Positions 17,913 to 28,174 of a stretch of DNA of 30,216 nt are shown piece by piece; the first letter of the stretch is position 1; the number at the start of each line of letters is the position of its first letter. The translations under genes and the position numbers were made by a program. A model generated the notes under the pieces. It was not told the origin of the DNA and ran no database searches. It saw nothing but the letters and a program-made list of their open reading frames with translations. Origin of the DNA: Candidatus Sumerlaeia bacterium (GTDB lineage Bacteria > Sumerlaeota > Sumerlaeia > SLMS01); NCBI GenBank assembly GCA_038208905.1, contig JBBQYG010000034.1, positions 1 through 30,216 of the forward strand, given 5' to 3'.

Positions 17913-19880
17913 CTATGCCTTGTCTATCAATCTATACACCGGCATCGAGGCGAGGGGGACGCGCTCCTCGATGACGCAGGGGCCCTCGACGAGGCGCTCC
18001 TCGAAGCAGTGGCTCCATTTGCCCGGCGGGAGCCAGGTCGCCTTCTGGCCGCCGGGATTCGCCACGGGGGAGACAAGGTACTCGCCACCGAGCATGTATT
18101 GAAGTGGCCGGCGATAGGCTTCCGCGCTGCCGGGAAACTCGTAGTACATGGGGCGGCAGGGGCCGACTCCGGTCCTGTGCGCCTCCCGGGCGAGGGCGCG
18201 GAAGTACGGCAACAGCTCCTGCCTTAGCAGCAGGAACCGGCGCATGATGCCGAGCGCCTCCTTGCCGAATTTCCAGGGCTCGCGGATGCCATGGTCGCTG
18301 TGGAGGCGCATGATGGGACTGAGAGCGCCGAACTGGACCCAGCGCACCATCAGGTCGGCGGGGGGCTTGTTGAGCTTGTCGTCCTCGCCATTGCGAAAGA
18401 AGCCGCCGATGTCGTGGGACACCCATGCGAGGAGGCTATTGCCGGCCATCGGCGTCAGGCGGACTTCCTGCTCAAGAACGCGCCACTGCGAAACGGTGTC
18501 GCCGGTGAAGTGAATCGTGGAGCGATGCGCGCCCAGACCGTGGGTGCGCGACAGCACGAGATCGGGCTTGGCCGAGCGACCCGGGCGCCCGCGCAGGGTG
18601 TATATCTCGTTGAGCCACGCCGTCGCGTCGCGCCCCGCATTGTCCTTCAGCGTGCCGTCCACCCACCACATGTCGCATCCGCCATCCTTCTCGATGGGGC
18701 GGTGAAAGATGTCGAAGTACGCCTCGGCATGTGCGCGGTCAAACATGTCGATCGGCTGGCAGTCTTCGTGAAACCACGTGGGCGCGGTTTCCTTGGTGGT
18801 GATCGCGGGTGTGGCGCCGGTGCGCTCCATGAATTCCGGCAGGCGCGTGTCCCGGCGCGGTATATACGCGGGGTGGACGTTGAAGGCGCTGTGCAGTCTG
18901 TTCTCCCTCAGCCAGTCGCGAAAGCGCGTCGGCTCGGGAAACAGGCGCGTGTCCCAGTCGAACCCATGCCAGAACAGCCGGTGCCAGTCCGTGTCCACCA
19001 CCACCGCGTCCAGCGGCAGGCCGTGCTTTTCAAAGTCCTTCTTGAGCTGATGGTACTGCTTTTCGCCCATGCGCCGATAGCAGGAAAACCAGGTGCCCAG
19101 TACCCAGTCGGGCAACCGCGGCGCGCGGCCGAGCAGGTCGGTCAGCCGGGCGACCCCCGCCTTGAAATCGCTACCATAGGGAATGAGGTAGAGCACCTGA
19201 GGCTGTATCGACGGGCGTTGGCCGATCCAGTTCTCCGCCGAGTTCCACGGCAGCGAATCGTCGAGAATCACCGTCAGGCCGGAGCGGGAGAGCATCCCCG
19301 GCGGGATCGTGCGGACTCGGTCCGCCGCGTCGCGGACGGCCTTGGGCCAGCTCTTCAGGACCTGGGGCTTCTCTCCGTGTATATACCGCCGGAATTCGGG
19401 AAACCACTTCTTCTCGTCGAGCGGATCCATGATCGCCACGCGGACCGCATCGCGAACGGCATCGACCAGGTGGGTCGGGCTGACGACGTGGGAATCGAAA
19501 CCCGCCATGGGATCATAGGGAGCGACGCCCTCGCCGCAGAGCGATTCCGAGAGCATATCGAGCCCGAGGTACGAACCGCCAAGGTTCTCGTGATCCTTGT
19601 CGCCGGGCTTCCAGCTTTTCGCCTCTCCGCCGATCTCCCACTCCACCAGAAGGTTCTTCGCGGAGAGCGCCTTGCCATCCTGCCGTAGGCGCACGGTGAC
19701 GCCGCCGTGCCGGAGAACGATCTCCCCCGACGCGGCGCGCGACTTCGCAGGCATGAAGGTCTCCGGGTGACGCACGGCGAACGTCGCGCCCGGGGTTGTC
19801 ATCCCATCGGGAAGGCACGCAATTCGTATGATGTTGCCGGAAACGGCGAGGGACTTCTTCCATGCGGCGGGTTTGGACAT
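17913..19880 (-). CDS. Glycoside hydrolase family 31 (alpha-xylosidase/alpha-glucosidase-like), cytoplasmic
   Basis: PLDAVVVDTDWH, FDWDTRLFP, MWWVDG (nucleophile), HFTGDT (acid/base), SHDIGGF, RWVQFGALSPIMRLH, RPMYYEFP, QYMLG; no signal peptide. Confidence 0.92.
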   Translation of the reverse strand: MSKPAAWKKSLAVSGNIIRIACLPDGMTTPGATFAVRHPETFMPAKSRAASGEIVLRHGGVTVRLRQDGKALSAKNLLVEWEIGGEAKSWKPGDKDHENLGGSYLGLDMLSESLCGEGVAPYDPMAGFDSHVVSPTHLVDAVRDAVRVAIMDPLDEKKWFPEFRRYIHGEKPQVLKSWPKAVRDAADRVRTIPPGMLSRSGLTVILDDSLPWNSAENWIGQRPSIQPQVLYLIPYGSDFKAGVARLTDLLGRAPRLPDWVLGTWFSCYRRMGEKQYHQLKKDFEKHGLPLDAVVVDTDWHRLFWHGFDWDTRLFPEPTRFRDWLRENRLHSAFNVHPAYIPRRDTRLPEFMERTGATPAITTKETAPTWFHEDCQPIDMFDRAHAEAYFDIFHRPIEKDGGCDMWWVDGTLKDNAGRDATAWLNEIYTLRGRPGRSAKPDLVLSRTHGLGAHRSTIHFTGDTVSQWRVLEQEVRLTPMAGNSLLAWVSHDIGGFFRNGEDDKLNKPPADLMVRWVQFGALSPIMRLHSDHGIREPWKFGKEALGIMRRFLLLRQELLPYFRALAREAHRTGVGPCRPMYYEFPGSAEAYRRPLQYMLGGEYLVSPVANPGGQKATWLPPGKWSHCFEERLVEGPCVIEERVPLASMPVYRLIDKA

Positions 19881-19900
19881 GGGGGCCTCCTGATGACCGG

Positions 19901-21433
19901 TCAGCGAGTGGAGACGAATCGACGGTGCCGCGCGAACACAGGGCGGAGCGCCGCACTCAAGTCGTTGTGAATGCCAAGGAGCTCGCGATATGCTTCCACG
20001 CGGCCCGCATCGGGCACGGCACGGGTCGTTTCATCCATCTTCACATGGATCGCGCACAAATCGGCGATGGATGCGCCGGCGTCGCGCTCGCGCTCCACCG
20101 CCCAGCGGGCCTGAATCGCCGCGCCCAAGGCGGCGCCCTCCGCCTCCGTTGTGCAGACGACGGGCGTGTCAAAGGCGTCGGCAAGGATCTGGCGCCAGAT
20201 GGGGCTGCGCGATCCGCCACCGGTCAGGCGGACTTCCTTCGGCGCGATGCCCATCTCGCGCATCCGATTGAAACCATAGGCGAGGCCCAGCGAGGGACCC
20301 TCCATCGCGGCGCGGGCAAAGTGTTCCACCGTGTGCGTCGCTTTGCTGTAGCCCAGCCACACGCCGGTTCCATCGGGGACGTCGGGGGTGCGCTCGCCCT
20401 CGAAGTAGGGGAGCAGCATCAGCCCACCGGCGCCCGGGCCGACCGATTCCGCCGAGCGGTTGAGCTTGAAATTGTTCAGGTTGAAGGTGCTCTTCACCAA
20501 CTGCGTCGCCGCCGTCACGTTCATCGTGCAGAGAAGCGGCAGCCAGTGCCCCGTCGAATCGCAGAACGCCGCGATCTCCCCATTTGCCTCGTCCACGATG
20601 GGCTCCTGGCTATATGCATAGACAGTCCCCGATGTGCCAAGGCTCACCGTCGCCACGCCGGGGAGCACGTTGCCCGTGCCGATGGCGCCCATCATGTTGT
20701 CGCCGCCCCCGGCGCTCACGGCGATTCCCGGCCTCAGGCCAAGCGCCGTCGCCGCCTGCGCGCGGAGCCGACCGACGATGCCGCCGGAGTGAATCAGCGG
20801 CGGGAACTTCGCCAGCAGTCCGTCGTCTATGCGCTGCATTGCCGGCTCGCACCACTGGCGCGTTCTTACGTCCAGCAGCCCGGTGCCCGAGGCATCGCCG
20901 TGCTCCATCGCCTGCTCGCCCGTCAGCCAGTAGTTGAGAAAGTCGTGGGGTAGGAGGATGCGATGGAGCCGGGCGAAGTTCTTTGGTTCGTGGCGCTTCA
21001 GCCACAGGATCTTCGACGCCGTGAATCCCGCCGGCGCCGCGTTTCCCGTTTCGCGGATCGCCGCATCGCGCCCGCCCGCGGCCTCGATCAGGTCGGCGGC
21101 CTCGGGCGCGGTGGACGTGTCGCACCACAGCTTCGCGGGCCGGATCGGCTCTCCCGCTCCATCGAGAGGGACGAAGCCATGCTGCTGGCCCGATACGCCC
21201 AACGCCTCCACGGCGGATCCCGGGAGCTTCGCCGCCCTCAGCGCATCGGCCGTCGCCGTGCAGAGTGCCTCCACCCACGTGTCGGGATGCTGCTCCTTGT
21301 GGCCGATGCCCAGGCCCTCGATCAGGCCATACTGCACTTGGCCGCGGCCCAGCACATTGCCCGCGTCGTCCACCAGGATCGCCTTGGTGGACTGCGTTCC
21401 GCTGTCGATTCCCAGATAGGCGCGCTGCGTCAT
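19901..21433 (-). CDS. xylB: Xylulokinase (FGGY family)
   Basis: LGIDSGTQSTK, GVSGQQHG, AKLWCD, GDASGT, GGGDN, SLGTSG, PYFEGERTP, GGGSRS. Confidence 0.92.
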   Translation of the reverse strand: MTQRAYLGIDSGTQSTKAILVDDAGNVLGRGQVQYGLIEGLGIGHKEQHPDTWVEALCTATADALRAAKLPGSAVEALGVSGQQHGFVPLDGAGEPIRPAKLWCDTSTAPEAADLIEAAGGRDAAIRETGNAAPAGFTASKILWLKRHEPKNFARLHRILLPHDFLNYWLTGEQAMEHGDASGTGLLDVRTRQWCEPAMQRIDDGLLAKFPPLIHSGGIVGRLRAQAATALGLRPGIAVSAGGGDNMMGAIGTGNVLPGVATVSLGTSGTVYAYSQEPIVDEANGEIAAFCDSTGHWLPLLCTMNVTAATQLVKSTFNLNNFKLNRSAESVGPGAGGLMLLPYFEGERTPDVPDGTGVWLGYSKATHTVEHFARAAMEGPSLGLAYGFNRMREMGIAPKEVRLTGGGSRSPIWRQILADAFDTPVVCTTEAEGAALGAAIQARWAVERERDAGASIADLCAIHVKMDETTRAVPDAGRVEAYRELLGIHNDLSAALRPVFARHRRFVSTR

Positions 21434-21437
21434 ATTC

Positions 21438-22424
21438 TCAGACCTTGATATTCATCCAGAAAAGGCGGATTGTCGGATCGCCTTCCTTGCGGCCCCAGCC
21501 AAACATTCCCCACAGGGGCCCGTGGGACGATTTCTTCGCGATCCCCTCGCCATCGGCGATGGTCTTGCTGGCCCAGAGGATTCCCCCGATCACCAATCGG
21601 TTGGATACGATCGAAACCAGCTTGGTCTCCGTCTGCTGCGTCGGCGTGTTCAGGTCCAGATCCTTATAAGTGCGGATGCTGCCACGATTGTAGTGATAGC
21701 CCAGGAAGCCAAAGAACGGGCCGTGGGATACCATCAGGTCGTTGGTGCCGTCGGGCTTTGGCGACTCGGCGCGAAAGCTCGTCCACAGGCCCAGCCCCGG
21801 CAATCCTCCCAGCAGCGCGGGCGCCGCCAGATAGCCATTGAACTCCGTGTTGGCCTGCTTGGCGTTGAACTTGGAGAAGAACGGCCCAAGGGTCCACAGG
21901 CTGGTGAACCAGGAGACCGACGTCCCTTCGTCCGCCTTCATTTGCAGAAGGCTGAAGAAGAGCGGGATGCCCGTCGCGTTCAGGTCGCCCTTATCCTTCA
22001 GCGTCCCCTCCTCGAAGCTGTTCGTCCACAGCGGCGTCCAAACGATTCCGCGCTTGCCAACGGCCTCCTCCTGACCCGGGACGAATTCGTACTCCGCGCC
22101 ACGGATGCGCAACGGAAGGAAGAAGAAGAACGTGCCGAGGTCGTTCCACGTGAAGCTCGTGTATGTCGCCGACTGGCGATCCGCGGCCACCTTGAAGTCG
22201 CGAAAGCCGAGGTTGAAGGGCAGCATCCAGAAGCGGGTGGAGTTGAATCCGAGCACGCGCTTGTCCGTCGCGTCGGCGGTCACCGTCGTCCATAGCGCCG
22301 GGTCCATGCGGCCGCCCTCGGGAATTTGCGCCCCGCGGAGTACGTCGGCCTGACGAAGGGTCTGGCAACCCGACGTGGCGAGAATTGCTACGAGCGCGAT
22401 GAAGATGGAAATGTAACGAATCAT
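21438..22424 (-). CDS. Hypothetical lipoprotein (328 aa), aromatic and beta-rich
   Basis: ATG 22424 overlaps the upstream TGA (ATGA) and follows GGGGAG; MIRYISIFIALVAILATSG|C is lipobox-like; repeated PLW/PLFF/PFF motifs. Confidence 0.75.
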   Translation of the reverse strand: MIRYISIFIALVAILATSGCQTLRQADVLRGAQIPEGGRMDPALWTTVTADATDKRVLGFNSTRFWMLPFNLGFRDFKVAADRQSATYTSFTWNDLGTFFFFLPLRIRGAEYEFVPGQEEAVGKRGIVWTPLWTNSFEEGTLKDKGDLNATGIPLFFSLLQMKADEGTSVSWFTSLWTLGPFFSKFNAKQANTEFNGYLAAPALLGGLPGLGLWTSFRAESPKPDGTNDLMVSHGPFFGFLGYHYNRGSIRTYKDLDLNTPTQQTETKLVSIVSNRLVIGGILWASKTIADGEGIAKKSSHGPLWGMFGWGRKEGDPTIRLFWMNIKV

Positions 22425-24430
22425 GCGGAGGAACTCCCCGGTTGTTGTGGGCCATTGGCCAAAGGTCCGGAGACGGTGCGCGAGCGAGGGGCGCGGGGAA
22501 AGAGCATTCTCCCGCCGATCGCCGCGATGATCGATAGGGCCATCGCCGTCAGGAACAGACCGACGCGGTAGCTGAAGGGGCGGTATTCCCAGCGGACCAC
22601 TTCGCCGATCGCCATTCCGTCGAGCGGAATCGATAGGCCCGGCGCCTTCGCGCGAAAGACTTCCCGGTCCCCCGACCACGCCACAAATCCCGGCATCACG
22701 GCGCCGGGAATCGATGTGGCGACGCCGCGCTTCGCCACCCAGGCGTTCATGCCAACGGCAGTCCAGGGCGCGGCATCTGTGGAGCCGTCCAGCGCCAGCA
22801 ACGAGCGCGGAGGATTCGTGAATCTTGCGACCACCGAGACGCCGTCGCCACCCTCCGCGTTGGCGGGAGCCAGGACGTGGCCGATTCTCCACGCGGCAAA
22901 CCACTCCTTGGTGTTGAAGCCCAGCTCGCGGTCGCGGGCTTCCTTGATGCCAAGGAATACGGGGTGATAACCGTTCAACGCGCGCCGCCCGTGCAGCATC
23001 GGGCGAAGCCCCAACTCGTTCGTCGCGTCGTGCGTCTCCCATTCGATACCGCGAAGGGCGATGAACTCGTCGGCCTCGGTCGATCGTATCAGGTAGGCCC
23101 GGTAGTCAGCCCATGAATGGCGGAGAAGGAAGGTTCGGTTCTTCGATGCAAGATCAGCGATGCAGGCCGCGAGGAGAAGCACGGCGAGTCCACCCGCCAT
23201 TGCGCGATTCGACTTCTGCCGCGCCAGTCTCCCCACCACATCCAATCCGACCCCCGCCAGCACCGCCACCGAGAGGGATGCCACACAGAAGAACGTGGCG
23301 GGGCTCCTGAACGAGCGAAATCCCGGCAGCCAATCATAGAGCACACGATAGAGCGGCGTATATCTCCCCAGCCCCACCAAAATCGCGATCAGCGCCAGCA
23401 CGGCGAACAACACCGCCGGGAGCGGCACGCGAAACCGTCGTCGATTCCTCCGCATCATGGAAAGCACCAGCCCCGCGAGCGCCAGCGCGAGGACCGGGCG
23501 CCCTGCATAGTCGCTGACGATGCGCTCGCCCCAGTCGCCTGTATAGACGTCGCCCTCGATGCTCGACCCCTTCCATCGCCGGGAGGCGAACTCCATCAAC
23601 TCGCCGGGGGGATAGCTCGTCTCAACAGCCTCCTCAAAACCCACCCCGCCCGCGCGGTTTGAGACCGCCGCCATCTCCATGCCGGGAATCATCTGGGCCG
23701 CGCCAAGCGCAAGCCCCAGCGTGGCCATTCCAACGTATGCCGGTATGGCGAGCCAGCGGCGCCGCCTCTGGAGCGCAAGGCTCCACGCCACCACCAGTCC
23801 CGATGTCGCCAGCGCCGCATAGGCGATCTGCGGATGCCCGCCCAGCAGCATCATGCCGATGGCGCCGCCTCCGGTCGCGATTCCGGGCCCGATGCGCCGT
23901 CCGCGCGCGATCATCACCGCGCCGGCCACAGCCCACGGCAGCCACCCCAGCGCCACCACCTTCTGAAAATGTCCCGCGTGGATCAGCGTCACCACGTGCC
24001 CCGTCAGCATCCACGAGGCGCCCACGGCAAGCGTTGCGGAGAACCTTAGCCCCAGCGCCCGCCCCAGCACCATGCCGCCAATCCCCGCGATCCACAGCGC
24101 CATCCACCAGCCCCACCACTGGGCGCGCGGATACTCGAAGAAGTGCAGCGGCCACACGTTGGGCGAGAATGGAGTCCAGAAGAACGCCCCCAGCGTGGGG
24201 ATGCCGCCCTGCACCTGTGCGTTCCACAGGGGGATGGCGCCGGGGAACCGCGCCAACTGCTGCTGCATCCACAGGTGCGCGGGCGCGTCGTGGAACACCG
24301 TGTCGCGGCCGTAGAGGAACCAGTCGCCGCCGAGCGGAACCTGCTGGCGAGTTCCCAGCGTGAGCTGCGCCCACGCCAGCAGCGCAAAGAGCACCGCGCC
24401 GCCCAGATAGTGCCTCGCCGTTCGCGGCAT
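22421..24430 (-). CDS. YfhO-like multi-pass membrane protein (GT-C glycosyltransferase)
   Basis: Many TM segments; PLWNAQVQGGIP, LLGGHPQ, LPGFRSFRSP and C-terminal YRPFSYRVGLFLT are typical of YfhO-family proteins. Confidence 0.8.
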   Translation of the reverse strand: MPRTARHYLGGAVLFALLAWAQLTLGTRQQVPLGGDWFLYGRDTVFHDAPAHLWMQQQLARFPGAIPLWNAQVQGGIPTLGAFFWTPFSPNVWPLHFFEYPRAQWWGWWMALWIAGIGGMVLGRALGLRFSATLAVGASWMLTGHVVTLIHAGHFQKVVALGWLPWAVAGAVMIARGRRIGPGIATGGGAIGMMLLGGHPQIAYAALATSGLVVAWSLALQRRRRWLAIPAYVGMATLGLALGAAQMIPGMEMAAVSNRAGGVGFEEAVETSYPPGELMEFASRRWKGSSIEGDVYTGDWGERIVSDYAGRPVLALALAGLVLSMMRRNRRRFRVPLPAVLFAVLALIAILVGLGRYTPLYRVLYDWLPGFRSFRSPATFFCVASLSVAVLAGVGLDVVGRLARQKSNRAMAGGLAVLLLAACIADLASKNRTFLLRHSWADYRAYLIRSTEADEFIALRGIEWETHDATNELGLRPMLHGRRALNGYHPVFLGIKEARDRELGFNTKEWFAAWRIGHVLAPANAEGGDGVSVVARFTNPPRSLLALDGSTDAAPWTAVGMNAWVAKRGVATSIPGAVMPGFVAWSGDREVFRAKAPGLSIPLDGMAIGEVVRWEYRPFSYRVGLFLTAMALSIIAAIGGRMLFPRAPRSRTVSGPLANGPQQPGSSSA

Positions 24431-24438
24431 CGCGCTGG

Positions 24439-25806
24439 TCAGTACTGGATCGGCTGGGCGGGCGCCAGCATCAGCAGGCGCGCCACGCGATTCAGCTCGT
24501 GGACGATCACACGGCGGCCCTCTGCGGAACCTTCGGTGTCCTGCGCGATCTGGTCCGCGATCAACTGCACGTCGCCGCGGACTTTGAAGATGTCCTTGAA
24601 CGTCACGTCGCGGGGATCGTCGAGGGCCAGAAACTCCCCCAGTTCGTCAAAGAACAGGAGCACCGGATCCGCGCGGTCGATCCGCGTGGTCAACGTGGTC
24701 ATGATCGTGGCGGCGGCGGCGATGGGATCGGACTCAAGGGCGCCTGTCATGGTCCAGAACATATCCGGCGGCGGAAGGGGCCGACGCGTCTCGAAGTCCG
24801 GCTCCAACACCAGGAAACCCGTGGCAGGGATGTCGCGGAGCGGTGGGCCGAGCGCGACAATTCCCTCCTCTTTTTCCACGGCCACCAGAAAGGGACGTTC
24901 GCCGGTGGCGGCCAGGTCCAAGTCGCGCACTCCGTCGGCGATACCATCGGGCGACACGATCAGCGCCACCTCGCTCGCCACGCCGCGCCGGTACAGCGGC
25001 ATCCAGGGGGCGTTGGGGGCAACCGCCTCCGCGGAGACGAGAAGGCCCGTGACAAGCTCGAATCGCTCTTCCTGAACGCGGGCGCAGATGGACTCGACGA
25101 AGTGTTCCAGTTGGCCCTGCCGCCAGCGCTCCATCGCGCGAAACTGGTCCGTCGTCGGATTCGTCAGGAATGCCTCCAGATCGAGTCCCAGCTCTGCCTG
25201 AATCCGGCGCAGGCTGCTATACCCCAGGTGGCTCCAGGTCTCCGGCGTGTCTCCCGATTCGGGAAAGCTCCTGAAGTCGAAAAACAGACCGTCCACCGGG
25301 TAGCCGTCCACCAACTCGGCCAAAAGGTTGCCAAGGTATCGGCGGTACTCGACGCTGGTCCAGCAGAACAGCCCCGGCGCCCCGCCTCCCGCATCGAATT
25401 GGTGGTTTCCCTGATAGTCGCGCATCAGCCACTCGCCATTGGCGCGGGCCAGCTCGCCCAGCTTTCCCGTCCCGGGAACTCCCGCAGCCAGGAAATCCAC
25501 CAGCAGCCAAACGGAGAACGGATACTCCCTGGTGATGGAGAGCGCCAGATGCCCGGGGCACCGGCCCCCGCGCAGCCGACCCGACCGACGCGTCTGGAAA
25601 AGCGATTCCCCCTCGAAAAATGCCGGGATCAGCACGGTATTGTACCCCCGCGCCTGAATCTCTCCCAGGGCGTTTCGCAGGTCGGTTTCGTCGGCCAGAA
25701 ACTCAGGCGGGACGAAGCAAGCGCGCGTTTGGAGCGCCAGAGCCACGGGCGCCTCGTTGAGGCGGGCGATTGCCTTTGACAGGCGAATTTCGGAGTCGGA
25801 TAACAT
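24439..25806 (-). CDS. Glycoside hydrolase-like 10 (DUF187) TIM-barrel protein, divergent
   Basis: GYNTVLIPAF, EWLMRD and YRRYLGNLLAELVDGYPVDGLFFD resemble GHL10 motifs; start assigned to ATG 25806. Confidence 0.6.
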   Translation of the reverse strand: MLSDSEIRLSKAIARLNEAPVALALQTRACFVPPEFLADETDLRNALGEIQARGYNTVLIPAFFEGESLFQTRRSGRLRGGRCPGHLALSITREYPFSVWLLVDFLAAGVPGTGKLGELARANGEWLMRDYQGNHQFDAGGGAPGLFCWTSVEYRRYLGNLLAELVDGYPVDGLFFDFRSFPESGDTPETWSHLGYSSLRRIQAELGLDLEAFLTNPTTDQFRAMERWRQGQLEHFVESICARVQEERFELVTGLLVSAEAVAPNAPWMPLYRRGVASEVALIVSPDGIADGVRDLDLAATGERPFLVAVEKEEGIVALGPPLRDIPATGFLVLEPDFETRRPLPPPDMFWTMTGALESDPIAAAATIMTTLTTRIDRADPVLLFFDELGEFLALDDPRDVTFKDIFKVRGDVQLIADQIAQDTEGSAEGRRVIVHELNRVARLLMLAPAQPIQY

Positions 25807-25870
25807 GCTGCACGGATGGCACCACAGTCGCCGCCGCAACCGCAATGGAATCGAGCAAAGCAACACCCAG

Positions 25871-28165
25871 ATGCCCGTCCCCGTAAAAGAGCGCTCTCCT
25901 GAACACTGGGAACCTGCTGCTCAAGGAACCGCGGGAATCAAGAATGAACGGCAGGCGAGCTTTGACTACCTCCCCAGCCTCGCCGCGGAGGAGGTGTCCA
26001 TCGAGAACCTCCTCGCCAAGTCGCCACCCGATGGGCACGACCTCATCCGGCGCGCTTGGGAGCTGGCCGACCGCCTCCACGCGGGTCAAGTGCGCCTGAC
26101 CGGGGAGCCCTACGTCCACCACCCGCTCACCGTCGCCACCTACCTTGCGGAATTGAACCTGGACGCTCCGACGATCGCGGCGGGCCTTCTGCACGATGTC
26201 CTCGAGGACACCGAGATCACCCTCGAGTCCCTCGCCCAGATGTTCCCCGACCCGGTTCCCCAACTGGTTCAGGGCGTCACCAAGATCAGCAAGATCAACT
26301 TCCGCACCACGCGCGAGGCCCAGGTCGAGAACCTGCGCATGATGCTCCTTGCCATGGCCAAGGACATCCGCGTCGTCATCGTCAAGCTTTGCGACCGGCT
26401 CCACAACATGCAGACCCTCAAGGTCATGGCTCCCGAGCGCCGGCTCGCCATCTCCCAGGAGACCGTGGACATCTACGCGCCGCTGGCCAACCGCCTCGGC
26501 ATGAGCGCCATCCGCTGCGAGATGGAAGATCTCGCGATGCGGTGGCTCCACCCGGAAGCCTACCGCCAGCTCGCCGCCAACGTCGCCCAGAAGCGCGCAG
26601 AGCGCAGCCGCCTGGTCGAGGAAACGATCCAGTTCCTCCGCGATCGGCTCGAACCCCACATCCCCGGCCTCCTCGTCACCGGGCGGCCCAAGCACTTCTA
26701 CTCCATCTACAAGAAAATGAAGTCACAGGGCCTTACCTTCGACCAGATCTACGACCTCAACGCCATCCGCGTGATCTGTCCCGAGAAGAACCAGTGCTAT
26801 GACATCCTGGGCATGATCCACGACGCCTGGGCGCCCATCCCGGGCCGCTTCAAGGATTACATCGGGATGCCCAAGAAGAACGACTACCAGTCTCTCCACA
26901 CAACGGTCGTCGGGCTGCGCGGCGCCATCACCGAGATCCAGATCCGCACGCGCAAGATGCACGAGGTGGCCGAGCTGGGCGTGGCCGCCCACTGGCGATA
27001 CAAGGAAAAGGGCGCCGAGCTGCAGGACGACTCCCGCCTGGAGTGGGTACGCAGGATCGGCGAGTGGATCACCGACTCCAAGGAGCCCGAGAGCCTGCTG
27101 GACGCGCTCAAGCGCGACGTCTTCGCCGACCACGCGCTGTGCTTCACTCCCAAGGGCGACGTGATCGAACTCCCCGCCAAGGCGACGCCGATCGACTTCG
27201 CCTATGCCATCCACACCAAGGTGGGTGAGCAATGCGTCGGCGCCAAGATCAACGGGCGCATGGTCAACCTGCGGCATCAGCTCCAGCACGGCGACGTGGT
27301 GGACATCATCACCGCCTCCAACGGCCACCCCTCGCGCGACTGGCTCCAGTACGCCGTCACGGGCCGCGCGCTGCAAAAGATCAAGCATTGGCTCAAGACC
27401 CGCCACATGGACGAGTGGGTCGAGCAGGGCCGCGCCTCGATCATGGCCGTCCTGCGCGAACGCAACATCCGCGTGGGCAAGGACGAACTCGATCAGGAGC
27501 TCGCCAAGCTCCTCCCCGCCTACAAGTACCAGAACATCAACGACGTCCTGGTGGAGATCGGATTCGGCTCCCTCAGCGTCCAGGCCGCCGTCGCGCGCAT
27601 GAACCCCGCGTGGACCACCACGCCCGAGCGCAAGCCGCCCCCCGCGATCCCCGGATCGACGCGCAAGGGGGCTGCCCGCGTCCGCAGCCCCAAGGACGAG
27701 GCCATCCTGATCGAGGGCGCCGAGGGCGCCCCCAAGGTCCTCGCCAAGTGCTGCTCGCCGATTCCCGGCGACGAAATCGTTGGCTTCATCCGCCGCGGAC
27801 GCCCCATCAGCATCCACCGCGAGCACTGTCCCACCATGATGAACGCCCGCAAGGACATGGAGGATTCCGCGCGCATCCTCCCCGCCATGTGGCACAACCT
27901 CGAGGACGGGAGATCCCACACCGTCACCCTCCGCGTCGAGTCCGAGGACCGCAACGGCCTCCTCAACGCCGTCACCGGCATCATCACTAACCACGGCATG
28001 TTCATCAAGACCTGCCGCACGAATTCCGATCTCGACCGTGGCACGGCGCTGCTACTGTTCCAAGTCACGGTTTCCGACACCGCGCAACTCGAGCGGTGTC
28101 TCACGTCCATCCGCCAGGAACGCGGAATCCTCGCCGCGGAGCGCCGCCGCGGCGGCCTGGCGTAG
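25871..28165 (+). CDS. relA: Bifunctional (p)ppGpp synthetase/hydrolase (long RelA/SpoT homolog)
   Basis: HAGQVR..GEPY, intact HD in LLHDVLED, KLCDRLHNM, GRPKHFYSIYKKM, RFKDY, YQSLHT, EIQIRT, TGS (TPIDFAYAIHT), CCSPIPGD, ACT. Exact start uncertain. Confidence 0.96.
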   Translation: MPVPVKERSPEHWEPAAQGTAGIKNERQASFDYLPSLAAEEVSIENLLAKSPPDGHDLIRRAWELADRLHAGQVRLTGEPYVHHPLTVATYLAELNLDAPTIAAGLLHDVLEDTEITLESLAQMFPDPVPQLVQGVTKISKINFRTTREAQVENLRMMLLAMAKDIRVVIVKLCDRLHNMQTLKVMAPERRLAISQETVDIYAPLANRLGMSAIRCEMEDLAMRWLHPEAYRQLAANVAQKRAERSRLVEETIQFLRDRLEPHIPGLLVTGRPKHFYSIYKKMKSQGLTFDQIYDLNAIRVICPEKNQCYDILGMIHDAWAPIPGRFKDYIGMPKKNDYQSLHTTVVGLRGAITEIQIRTRKMHEVAELGVAAHWRYKEKGAELQDDSRLEWVRRIGEWITDSKEPESLLDALKRDVFADHALCFTPKGDVIELPAKATPIDFAYAIHTKVGEQCVGAKINGRMVNLRHQLQHGDVVDIITASNGHPSRDWLQYAVTGRALQKIKHWLKTRHMDEWVEQGRASIMAVLRERNIRVGKDELDQELAKLLPAYKYQNINDVLVEIGFGSLSVQAAVARMNPAWTTTPERKPPPAIPGSTRKGAARVRSPKDEAILIEGAEGAPKVLAKCCSPIPGDEIVGFIRRGRPISIHREHCPTMMNARKDMEDSARILPAMWHNLEDGRSHTVTLRVESEDRNGLLNAVTGIITNHGMFIKTCRTNSDLDRGTALLLFQVTVSDTAQLERCLTSIRQERGILAAERRRGGLA

Positions 28166-28174
28166 AGCGCCACC

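Noticed and set aside
22425-23042. 206-aa N-terminal extension of the 534-aa ORF
   Set aside because: Lies within the YfhO-like gene in another frame; the signal peptide and RBS point to 22424.
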